Below, in pieces: positions 1-8,704 of a DNA stretch of 64,000 bases. The notes under the pieces were generated by a model. It was given only the letters and a program-made list of their open reading frames with translations. It ran no database searches and was not told where the DNA came from. Numbering within the stretch: the stretch's first letter is position 1; each line of letters starts with the position of its first letter. Source of the DNA: an uncultured delta proteobacterium (GTDB lineage Bacteria > Desulfobacterota > Desulfobacteria > Desulfobacterales > QNYZ01); assembly GCA_963845145.1 (NCBI GenBank), contig CAWJQU010000004.1, positions 320,001 through 384,000 on the forward strand, given 5' to 3'. The position numbers and the translations under genes are program-made.

Positions 1-1
1 G

Positions 2-169
2 GCGAAGAAGAGCCTGCACACAAAGGGCATGGCTATTGATATTCGGTTACCAGGATTAAAAACGAAAACGCTCAGGGACACCTGTATTAAATTGCAGGCC
101 GGGGGTGTTGGGTATTATCCGAAATCAAATTTTGTACATGTGGATATTGGTTCGGTACGATATTGGTGA
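2..169 (+). CDS. YcbK/DUF882 family peptidase M15 (murein endopeptidase), 3' end only
   Basis: Frame 2 reads AKKSLHTKGMAIDIRLPG...AGGVGYYPKSNFVHVDIGSVRYW*: SxHxxGxAxD and FVHVD zinc motifs; lies next to a YcbB-like gene. Confidence 0.9.
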   Translation, partial: AKKSLHTKGMAIDIRLPGLKTKTLRDTCIKLQAGGVGYYPKSNFVHVDIGSVRYW

Positions 170-257
170 TTACACCAACAACCGGGTAGCCTATAATTAG
201 GGCTTGCGACAAAATAACGCCAGATTTTCAATAGGCGGTCTACCCCAACTGGCAAGG

Positions 258-1994
258 TTATAAAAGCTTGGAAAGCTTTCCTGCCTGCTGAGGAATTCGC
301 TTCTCCAGCGCCTGGAACAAAGGCACGTCCCGGTTGTAAATATCTTCTCTAAATTGCGGAATGCCATCTTCGCTGATCCATGCCGTCATATAAACAAGAT
401 GTATTCGAATCGGACGCTTCAGCATGCACAACCTTCTCTCTTACCGTTTTTTATCGTATGAATAAGCTTTTCCCGTGTCCAGGCAGAATTGCCAGATAGC
501 AGATGCGTTGCCAGATCAACCGGATTTTCAGTCCGGATACAGCCGGAACTGAAATCGCGCACCGTTTCATTAAAAAGATTCCGATTCGGCGTGTCGTGGA
601 TATAAACGGAGAATTTATTGGGAAACATGAATTTTAATCTTCCCAATGCATTCATTTTCACCCGGGTCCTGCCTTAAATGATAAGGGAAATAGTTCATGT
701 TCAAAACATCCCAATCAATGGATTCGGGTTGTAATTCCCGAGCATCCGCCTTCCAACCGGAAAAAAGTCTAAACTGATTTTTCTTTAAATAGGCCGGGTC
801 TTGCCTTACTTTTGGTAGAATATCTTTTATGGCAATGGAGGTCGGCACCGACCAATATGGATTTATTACCAAGTAGGAGAGGATTGAACTGAATACCGGC
901 GTCTTTCGTGCCGGTTTACCTACTACCACGCGAGCATTGAATACCGTCTGTCCTTTTTCAATCACAGATAGTCTGAAATCCGCCGTATTGGCCAGAATGA
1001 ATCGGTCGCCAAAATCATGAGGCAACCAACGCCAACGTTCCAGATTAAGTTCAATTTTACGGATTTGATCTTCCACCGGGATATTTAGGGCTGCTATGGT
1101 TTTTTTGCCTATAATTCCATCGGGGTTCAATCCATGGCGTGCCTGGAATTTAATCATCGCTTTTTCAAGGTCTTCATCATAAATATCTGATTCGGTTTTA
1201 TCGTTTACACCGACCAGATCTCCACTGATGGAAAGCCGCTCATACAATTGACTTATTCTTGGATCCTGGTCATTTTTGCGGATCGACCGACCCGAAGCCA
1301 AGACCGGCCATCCACCATTAGCGGCAATCGTTCGATATTCTCGTAGTAAAGTCCTAAGTCCATGATAGCCTCTGTGTGGTGGTCGTAATTGGTTAAATAT
1401 AGCGGAAAATTTTTCAGAAGATGACGCCACTTTTAAAATATTGACCAGATCGGCATGATTTTCGGCGATTATCCAATCCGGGTGCAGGCTTTCGGGATTG
1501 ATCCGTCCTCCCAACAGATGCGAACCAAATAATAAGAATGCGTCTGAAAATAAGATCTCAAGGTCGGTCCACATGGGGATCGCTTCCGCCGAGTCGTGCC
1601 TTTGGCGAAATGTTAGCTGTTGAATCAACTCCTGAATGCGAGGCAGGTGATAATCCCGGTTTCTAAGACCATCGTCGTCAGCACCCTCCAAAGATGAGAT
1701 AAGCGTATTTGCCTCAGCGGAAATACCGGTTGCGTTAACCCATAGCGGGTTATAATCGCGATCAATATAGAGATCGGGGATAAGTGACGTCCCACAGATA
1801 AACTCACCCTGGCATACCAGTCCTTTTTGAAACAGTTGCTGTTCGATTCGTTTTTTCAAATCTGCTCTTAGAAGCTGTGCGAATCCGTCAGTCCCAATGG
1901 CGCTGCCGGGAAACCAGAGGAGAGCCAATAGGAAAACCAAACCAATCGGCAATCGTGTGCGACGGATGAATCTTTTTAAATATTGAAAAGGCAT
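258..1994 (-). pseudogene. L,D-transpeptidase (YcbB/LdtD-like) interrupted by two frameshifts (near 657 and near 430); may be sequencing errors
   Basis: ORF 615..1994 (scaffold, PG-binding FQARHGLNPDGIIG, NLERWRW, NPYWSVP) continues in ORF 419..661 (NALGRLKFMFPN, YIHDTP, SSGCIR) and then in a third segment (KRPIRIHLVYMTAW...FREDIYNRD) to TAA at 258. Confidence 0.85.
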
Positions 1995-2192
1995 AATCGT
2001 ATTCGCTCCAGAGGCGTATCCGTATTTTTATGTGTTAGCACTATTTTTTGTCCACGTTATCTTTTTATAAGATTGACCTCTATGTTCAGCCACACGGTTA
2101 GCTTGAATTTATATTCAATATAATACAAATGAATACAATTGCACCAAAATATCCGACCATCGATTGATCTAAGGAGTCGCGCAAAACCGCAT

Positions 2193-4298
2193 TCAATCCC
2201 TATAAACATATGACTCAAGAATTTTTTGCTGCCAGCGCTCATTGTAGTCTTCAGCTTCAGGAACGCCTTCTCTTCTCAGGGTGTGGGCAAAATGGATGCG
2301 GACGAAATCTCTAAAGCGCTTTTCGACCACCTTGCGGATGGGGGGGTATAGTTCGGCGTGCATCTTGTCATCGACATCACTAAAATTGAAAAAGATGGCG
2401 AGATTGTTGATGACACTGTTGCGAGTATTGATGGAAACCTCTTTTTCGTCCAAGGCAACCATGAGCTGGTTGGCTACGTCCACCAGAGCGTGGCGGATAA
2501 GCATCAGGATATGCTTTTTTTGATCGCTGGTCCAGAAGATGCGGTTGCGGTCCATGCTGAGTTCGCATTTTTCGGCACCCTTTAAGTTGATTCGGCCGAT
2601 AATGTTGGCCCGGGCGCTTTCGGGCAACAGGGAATCGATTTGGGTCACAAAGATGCCATCCTGGAATACGGATACGCCGCCTTTGGCCGTTTCCAGGGCA
2701 AAGATATGGCCGCTGTTTTTTTTGGCACCAATAAATATGTATCCTTCCGAGTGGTTAAATTTTAGTGGGGCCACAAACCCGAAGGATGATCTTTTTTCAT
2801 GGGCATAGGAGAGGGGATGATTGCCGAGAAGGGTGGCCTTGCCTTTTTCGTCGATTACTTTGACCGGGATTTGCAGAAAGCGGATGTTGGTTTTTAAATA
2901 CCCCATGTATTCCAGGCTGCGGCTGTAGTTCATTTTGGATTTTTTCAGGTAAAGCGTAACTTCGGTGCCGATGGGGTGATCATCCGCCAGGGGACGGACG
3001 TCAAAATAATCCCTCAAGCTGGTGACGGTGATCATCAGGCCCTGGGCGGATTTTTTACGGGTTTTGATGATGATTTTATCGGCCACAAGAAAACTGGATA
3101 AAAAACCGATGCCGAACTGGCTGATAAAACCGATGTCAATGCGTGTATCCTGGTTAATGTCTTTGATTTCATCCGATTGATAAAAGGAGATGCCGATGGA
3201 TAGAAAATATTTTTCGATCCAATGCCGGTCCATGCCAATGCCGTTATCACGAATGGTGACAATGCTGATATCCGGGTTAAAGGTGATGGTAATTTCGGGC
3301 GAATAGGTTTTGTCATTAAGTTTGCGCATGCTACAGGCATCCACCGCATTTTGGATCAGTTCGCGCAGGAAGACACGCTTGTCCGCGTAGAGCCGATTGC
3401 CCATGAACAGTTGCAGGGCGGCGGATGAATCCACGTTAAACTTGAGATCCATGGGCTGGTAGTCCGTGGGTTCGATCTCGAAAATGATGTCGGAGAAAAA
3501 AAAGCGGGGGCGAATGCGTTGATTGAATTCGGTTAACAGTTGTTGCACGGCGCGTTCGTGGTGTTTCAGGGCGCGGTGAACTTCCGGATGGCGGCAACTG
3601 ATTTTTATCTGGATAGTGGCGGGGAAATAGGGATGGGGGCCGACCCGGCCCACATCAAAGTATTGATCAGGACGCTCAATCAGCGTGTTGTTTTGATCGG
3701 GCAGGAGGGCCTGAATCTCTCTGGACGTGGTGACGGCCTTTAATGCCAGCGCTTTGGAAAGGCGCAAGAACCCTGCCAGCAATGCAATGTCAATGGGTGT
3801 ATCGGCAAAGGAGACATTTTGAAGACCCCGCGCCTTGTTTTTAGGGTTGCCTTGGTTGTCCTGATTGTTTGGGGGATCCATGCGCAGCGCTATTTCGGCG
3901 ATGATTTCGGCTTTGGCCGAATCGGCCACGCCTAAATCTTTCCATTGGCGCCGGATCAAATCATGAGATTGCTGCCCGAGACTTCTTGGGGCGCCCTGGA
4001 CATTGGGATCGCCATCGCCATCCGCCAATTCAATGTCGTAGAGGCCAATGTCGCACAGGTAGGCTGCAGCAGCCAGAAAAAAGACCACCCATTCATTTTG
4101 ATTCAAAACCTGTTTTTGTTCATCATCTAAGAGCCAATCTTCCAAATAATCCAGAAACAGGTTGCCCTGAGAGATAAAATCGATATCCTTGGAGACGCCC
4201 CCCTCCACTCGGGTCGCGGTGAGATTTTGAATCGATACGCGGATCGATTCGAGTTCTGTTTTCCGCTCTGAACTTTTTATCCATAGGGATTTTTCCAT
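2193..4298 (-). CDS. Degenerate HD-CE-like domain fused to HSP90-type GHKL ATPase
   Basis: GHKL motifs LRELIQNAVDA, DNGIGM, FISQFGIGFLSSF, GTEV; N-terminal LAAAAYLCDIGL resembles the AxLHDIG HD motif. Confidence 0.8.
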   Translation of the reverse strand: MEKSLWIKSSERKTELESIRVSIQNLTATRVEGGVSKDIDFISQGNLFLDYLEDWLLDDEQKQVLNQNEWVVFFLAAAAYLCDIGLYDIELADGDGDPNVQGAPRSLGQQSHDLIRRQWKDLGVADSAKAEIIAEIALRMDPPNNQDNQGNPKNKARGLQNVSFADTPIDIALLAGFLRLSKALALKAVTTSREIQALLPDQNNTLIERPDQYFDVGRVGPHPYFPATIQIKISCRHPEVHRALKHHERAVQQLLTEFNQRIRPRFFFSDIIFEIEPTDYQPMDLKFNVDSSAALQLFMGNRLYADKRVFLRELIQNAVDACSMRKLNDKTYSPEITITFNPDISIVTIRDNGIGMDRHWIEKYFLSIGISFYQSDEIKDINQDTRIDIGFISQFGIGFLSSFLVADKIIIKTRKKSAQGLMITVTSLRDYFDVRPLADDHPIGTEVTLYLKKSKMNYSRSLEYMGYLKTNIRFLQIPVKVIDEKGKATLLGNHPLSYAHEKRSSFGFVAPLKFNHSEGYIFIGAKKNSGHIFALETAKGGVSVFQDGIFVTQIDSLLPESARANIIGRINLKGAEKCELSMDRNRIFWTSDQKKHILMLIRHALVDVANQLMVALDEKEVSINTRNSVINNLAIFFNFSDVDDKMHAELYPPIRKVVEKRFRDFVRIHFAHTLRREGVPEAEDYNERWQQKILESYVYRD

Positions 4299-4444
4299 TT
4301 ATGTGGCTCCTTGGCAATTGGTAGATCAGGTTCATCGGAACTTAATCAAATGGGTGGGGACTCAATAGAATATGGGATGTATATGCCAATGCGTCAAGGC
4401 GACCATACAGGATAGTGGCTGTATCATTACAAAGGGGTGTAAGC

Positions 4445-5035
4445 TTATTGTAAATATCGGTAGTGGCCGGAAATGGGATACGAAAACAGCGCGTCCTCAA
4501 GCTTGGGCCCACGGCCTATGTTGTGTACTATCAATGGATTTCCGGAATCTTTGCTATATTGATCGGTGACGATTCCAATGTGGGGCAGATTTCCGGGAAG
4601 CATCCATGTAACCAAATCTCCTGGGGAGAAATCTTGGGCTTTATTTGTTACACGAAGATTTTGGCCATAGCGCGTGAAGAAGACCTGTAAATTGGGGACA
4701 CGTCGGTGGTCAATGTTTGGGTCCGGTCGATTTAATCCCCATATATTTTTAGACGGGTATAATGAAAAGTTTCTTTTCATGTCTTTATGAACCAATTTCT
4801 GAAGATCGATTCCTAATTTTCTGTAAGACCTGATAATCACATCCGTGCAGACACCAATATTTGCGGGTACGTCGCCTCCCGGATACTTTATCGTGTGGTA
4901 ACTTCCATCGTACGTGATGTGATATTTCGTTCTTTCCAGTGCCGCTTTAATGAGTTCGGCGCTTGTTTTGGCAAGTACGGTTGTAGGAAGTACAAGAAAT
5001 AAAGCGATTAAAAATGGTAGGTGTTTTTTTAGCAT
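4445..5035 (-). CDS. DUF1287 (YijF-like) exported protein
   Basis: Signal peptide, YPGGDVP, GVCTDVIIR, DPNIDHRRVPNL, PHIGIV, HNIG motifs. Confidence 0.9.
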   Translation of the reverse strand: MLKKHLPFLIALFLVLPTTVLAKTSAELIKAALERTKYHITYDGSYHTIKYPGGDVPANIGVCTDVIIRSYRKLGIDLQKLVHKDMKRNFSLYPSKNIWGLNRPDPNIDHRRVPNLQVFFTRYGQNLRVTNKAQDFSPGDLVTWMLPGNLPHIGIVTDQYSKDSGNPLIVHNIGRGPKLEDALFSYPISGHYRYLQ

Positions 5036-5084
5036 ATGCCACAAATTTCTCCATTCGCCCATTTAGGGCGCGTCATCGTCTTTT

Positions 5085-5405
5085 CTACAATTTGTTTAAT
5101 ATCGTGACCTTCCAGTTCAGGTCAATCTTATTGAGCTCTTTTGCGAATTTCGGCATATTTTTGTTAATCGCGGTCATAATATAATTAACCTCAGCTTTTG
5201 GGCGAGACCAGTTTTCGGTTGACCAGGCAAATACGGATATCACCTCAAAGTTTAGATCAATGCATGTTTCAAGTATCGTTGGAATGCGTTTATATCCTGC
5301 CCTATGCCCAGAGCTTCGAGGAAGACCACGGGCTTTAGCCCATCTCCCATTGCCATCCATGATAAATGCAATGTGTTATGGTATGCTTCTCAAATTAAAT
5401 TCCAC
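5085..5405 (-). pseudogene. uppS: Truncated undecaprenyl diphosphate synthase fragment
   Basis: AGGAG then GTG at 5405; reads EFNLRSIP*HIAFIMDGNGRWAK...GH..G...AWSTENWSRP with an in-frame TAA, and ends after about 105 codons. Confidence 0.85.
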
Positions 5406-5596
5406 ATGATCTCCTAAAAGAAACGCAAAATCCCGCATTTGAAAGCTATCCTCAACGGTTGCTTCCAAAAAAGGTACCTGGTGCATGAGCAAGGTAAAAT
5501 GGGTGGCCTATGCCTATATATGTCTTCCTCAAGTTCATTGGTAAGACATCTGTTATCAATTGTTCAATTTAGTTTGGATTGGTTTTCATCAGGAAA

Positions 5597-5650
5597 TCAA
5601 GAACCTTTTAATAAACCTTGTGGGAGATAGTGTTGTCCCTTTATTAGCAT
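5597..5650 (-). pseudogene. DUF4238-like N-terminal remnant
   Basis: MLIKGQHYLPQGLLKGS* resembles the QHYxPxxxLKxF start of DUF4238 proteins; begins just after a GTTAAAT core site. Confidence 0.55.
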
Positions 5651-5657
5651 GATATCT

Positions 5658-5736
5658 ATTTAACACTCGTGTCATGAGTCGAAAACCGTCTGACGACGCC
5701 GGCAGCTTAGGGGGCCATTGATAACGTTGGTTAGCC
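5658..5736 (-). mobile_element. Degenerate attC-like site
   Basis: GGCTAAC overlaps the stop codon of 5731..6108 and GTTAAAT lies about 75 bp downstream; internal complementarity is weak. Confidence 0.4.
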
Positions 5737-6108
5737 CCCACCGCTTACTTTCTGTAAAAATTTATACAGCTTCTTGCACGTAGCGTCGTATGAACGGAAA
5801 TCCTCTTCCGTGACCAGATGACGACAATATGGTCCACCTTCCTCATCAATTTGTTCGAGTAAATGGTCTTTGGGGGAAATGTTGTATTTGTCATCAATAT
5901 TGATTCTTCGGACCAACTCACCGCCTAATTGCCACAGGTTATCCATGTGCCTTCGGATCGTTTTCTTCTTTAGCCCCGATTTATCAAGATGCACGACGAA
6001 CTCTTCAAAGGTTTCAAGTAGTTCTTTTGAAAACGATAAGTCGTCATTGACCAGACTCCAACGGTTAGGCCAATCAGGAAAATCTTTGCATATGTCTATT
6101 GTTAGCAT
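5731..6108 (-). CDS. Hypothetical protein (cassette-like)
   Basis: 125 aa AT-rich ORF; stop codon overlaps GGCTAAC. Confidence 0.75.
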   Translation of the reverse strand: MLTIDICKDFPDWPNRWSLVNDDLSFSKELLETFEEFVVHLDKSGLKKKTIRRHMDNLWQLGGELVRRINIDDKYNISPKDHLLEQIDEEGGPYCRHLVTEEDFRSYDATCKKLYKFLQKVSGGG

Positions 6109-6111
6109 CTA

Positions 6112-6378
6112 CTATTTTGTCATACTTAATATTTTTTCAGTCGCTTCATCAAGATCCATGTCATACAATTCAAAGCAATCGTCTTCGCTTATTGATATAT
6201 TAAAAGTTTTTTCAATATCAATAAATGGCGGTGTGTCTTCAATTATGTCAGGAGGATTGGTTATCGACCACATACACGCCATTTGCGTTGATTTTGGAGG
6301 ATTTTTATATCGTTTTTTGTATTTCATGAATATTTGAAATAATTTTTCATAGGTTTCTTTTTTTGAATAGTTTATCAT
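6112..6378 (-). CDS. Hypothetical acidic protein (cassette-like)
   Basis: 88 aa ORF starting immediately after the attC R' site. Confidence 0.65.
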   Translation of the reverse strand: MINYSKKETYEKLFQIFMKYKKRYKNPPKSTQMACMWSITNPPDIIEDTPPFIDIEKTFNISISEDDCFELYDMDLDEATEKILSMTK

Positions 6379-6387
6379 TTTTTTTCA

Positions 6388-6514
6388 TTTTAACGTTTAA
6401 ATCACCGCGTGCAAAAGACTTCCACAAAATTATGCCAAGACGAAAAATGTGGAATAACGTCAAAAACTCAAGAAAGCCGCGGCCTTTTGCATCCAGTGCA
6501 TTTTTTTGTTATGT
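6388..6514 (-). mobile_element. Integron attC recombination site
   Basis: Minus strand: ACATAAC-aaaaa-aatGcac-tgga-tgcaaaag ... cttttgca-cgcg-gtgatt-taaac-GTTAAAA; R'' and R' cores, L boxes with one extra base, inner inverted repeat; 4 bp after the helicase stop codon. Confidence 0.85.
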
Positions 6515-6518
6515 GATT

Positions 6519-8492
6519 TCAGACACACGGTAATCCAATTTCTTTCAGATAATTAAAGGTGGAATCGTAGAATTCTGTTTTCCTTGTAACATCATCACAG
6601 TTGCCTTCTGGGACAAAAATTATCATACCTTGGCGTGCCCTTGTTAAAAGGACTCGGTATGCATTTTTAAGATATTGTCTGCGAATTGGGTCGTTTATAT
6701 TTTGCCAAGCGGTTCCTCTGAAATTTTTGTATTCCCAGTGTGAGTTGTTGAACCGGAAATCTGCTTCCCATGCGACGCAGGTCCAATCAAGTTCAAGTCC
6801 CTGAATGTCAAACTCGGTCGCTGCCTCTTCAAGATAATATGATGAACGGACATCCTCTTTATCATTTAGAAACCAATTCTTAGGGTCAATGCTTGTTTTA
6901 ACATGTATCCCATGAGGCCTTAGGCGATATGCACCTGAAGATGCCACCAACCCCATCCGTTCACTGCCTCTTGCTTTTTGCCTCAACCAGTTTCTGGCAG
7001 TTGCGATATCTCTTGTGAGGCAAATAGGATAGTCGTGTTGAATTTCTTGCCATAAATTTTTAGCTGTATCTTTATTGTTGTCGATAATGTTTTTTACAAA
7101 TTCAGAAACCTTTTCGGAGCGATACGACCTAACAGAAACTGATAAGTGCAGGTCTGTTTGAACGTGTAATTTTGATGGATTAATTTCTGCGTAGATATTG
7201 TTGCCCCCGGTATACTCTGCATCAGTTAACATGCCAGAAACATATACATGCCAATGGGGGTATTCCTTTTCGATTGCCGCAAACCACTCTGGCAAACCAG
7301 CTTCACCCGTATTTATTTCCTGCCCCCCACCAATAAGGCAAATTATAACTGCATAGGTTTGGTGCCTGTCCATGACACTTATTAGGAAATCTGGTTCAGA
7401 CATCTGGAAGTCTTGAATTCCTTTTTTACGGCTCATAAAAGAACTTGTTTGCTCAAGGGTCCATGCCCTTTGAGCTTCGTCAAATATGGCTACCTTTTCG
7501 ATTGGTGCTTGTTCAGTCTGAATTGAGTCATCTCGGAAATGATGAATGTTTTGGATAAATGCTTTTGTTTTTGATAGCGCTTTGTTTTTGGTGATTCGAG
7601 ATGATGTGTTTTTGCTGTCCTTTACTTCATTTCTGGCTAAGGCTTCTTGCAAGACCTTGACTAACGGGCCATTTCCAGACAGAAAAACAGCATGTTCACC
7701 AAGATCGGCATTGTGTCTTTCGTTGGCAATATTGAGTCCCGCAAGAGTTTTACCCGCACCAGGGACTCCTGTAATAAAACAAATCGATTTCTGATAATAT
7801 TTCTTTGAATGATCAATTATCTCGGCAATAGCAGCAGAGGTTCTGCTTAAATTAATTGCCCCCGAGTCAGACCTGGAAATTTCACTTACGTCGTGACCTT
7901 TGTACAGAGCCTGTGCTGCTTCAATAATAGTTGGCGTAGGTTTGTAAACAGACTCTTGCCATGCGGCGAAATCAATCGTGCTTTCTGGAATTTGTGCAGA
8001 AACCTCAAGCAGAACTGTTTTAAGATTGTTTTTGTTGGCTCTCAGGGGCGAATGGACTAAATCGTCGTAGAAAGTATAGGTATTGTGTGACGAGGGAGCT
8101 TCCGTTGCAACTGCGATTGGAATTATGTGTCTGTGGTGGCTTTTTTCGTGGAAATTCTTCAAATCAAGGGAATAGTCAAGCGCCTGTTCTATAGCGTAGT
8201 TTGAATGCTTTTTTTCTCCAACCTTGAACTCTAATACAAAAATAGCGCCTTTGATAAGAAGGATAACATCGACCCTTTTACCCATTCGTGGTATAGCATA
8301 CTCGAATAGAATGAATGTGTTTTCTGTGTGTCCTGTAAATAATTGTTTTAAAATTTGAATTTGGTCAATCCACGCGTTCCTTTGCAAGTCCTCAAGTGCA
8401 AACTCGTGGTGCCGAACAAGTTCCCCCAGGATGCTGCTATCTGGGTCCTGAAGAAATTGTCTTATAGTATTTGCGTAGTAAGTCCTTTTCAT
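6519..8492 (-). CDS. DUF2075 (Schlafen-type) helicase with N-terminal PD-(D/E)XK-like nuclease domain
   Basis: KRVDVILL...VLEFK nuclease-like motif; Walker A GVPGAGKT; IFDEAQR; TEFDIQGLELD; YRVLLTRAR. Confidence 0.85.
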   Translation of the reverse strand: MKRTYYANTIRQFLQDPDSSILGELVRHHEFALEDLQRNAWIDQIQILKQLFTGHTENTFILFEYAIPRMGKRVDVILLIKGAIFVLEFKVGEKKHSNYAIEQALDYSLDLKNFHEKSHHRHIIPIAVATEAPSSHNTYTFYDDLVHSPLRANKNNLKTVLLEVSAQIPESTIDFAAWQESVYKPTPTIIEAAQALYKGHDVSEISRSDSGAINLSRTSAAIAEIIDHSKKYYQKSICFITGVPGAGKTLAGLNIANERHNADLGEHAVFLSGNGPLVKVLQEALARNEVKDSKNTSSRITKNKALSKTKAFIQNIHHFRDDSIQTEQAPIEKVAIFDEAQRAWTLEQTSSFMSRKKGIQDFQMSEPDFLISVMDRHQTYAVIICLIGGGQEINTGEAGLPEWFAAIEKEYPHWHVYVSGMLTDAEYTGGNNIYAEINPSKLHVQTDLHLSVSVRSYRSEKVSEFVKNIIDNNKDTAKNLWQEIQHDYPICLTRDIATARNWLRQKARGSERMGLVASSGAYRLRPHGIHVKTSIDPKNWFLNDKEDVRSSYYLEEAATEFDIQGLELDWTCVAWEADFRFNNSHWEYKNFRGTAWQNINDPIRRQYLKNAYRVLLTRARQGMIIFVPEGNCDDVTRKTEFYDSTFNYLKEIGLPCV

Positions 8493-8499
8493 TAAATAT

Positions 8500-8540
8500 C
8501 TTTCGATTTTCTCACATAACAAGTTAATATGCTGTTTATA
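8500..8540 (-). mobile_element. Cassette 5' crossover site (attI-like)
   Basis: cagcatattaactt-GTTATGTGA at 8520 is the exact reverse complement of TCACATAAC at the cassette 3' end (6508-6516); no attC hairpin upstream. Confidence 0.55.
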
Positions 8541-8704
8541 GATATCTTTCGAATTTCATTCGGGGTTCATCTGCAAATTATTAAAAAGTATATATACTCT
8601 AACCGTATAGCATGAATAATTGACAGATAAACGGTTCTGGATATCATTCAAAGAGCCAGGGAAATTTTGAAACCATCAAATTCCTTGGATGAACAGATAA
8701 TGAA

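Noticed and set aside
2193..4298. Housekeeping chaperone htpG
   Set aside because: The ATPase is preceded by about 290 extra residues and lacks the HtpG C-terminal dimerisation region.
6060..6112. attC between the 88-aa and 125-aa ORFs (GCTAAC near 6105)
   Set aside because: It lies inside the start of the 125-aa ORF and has no matching inverted repeat.
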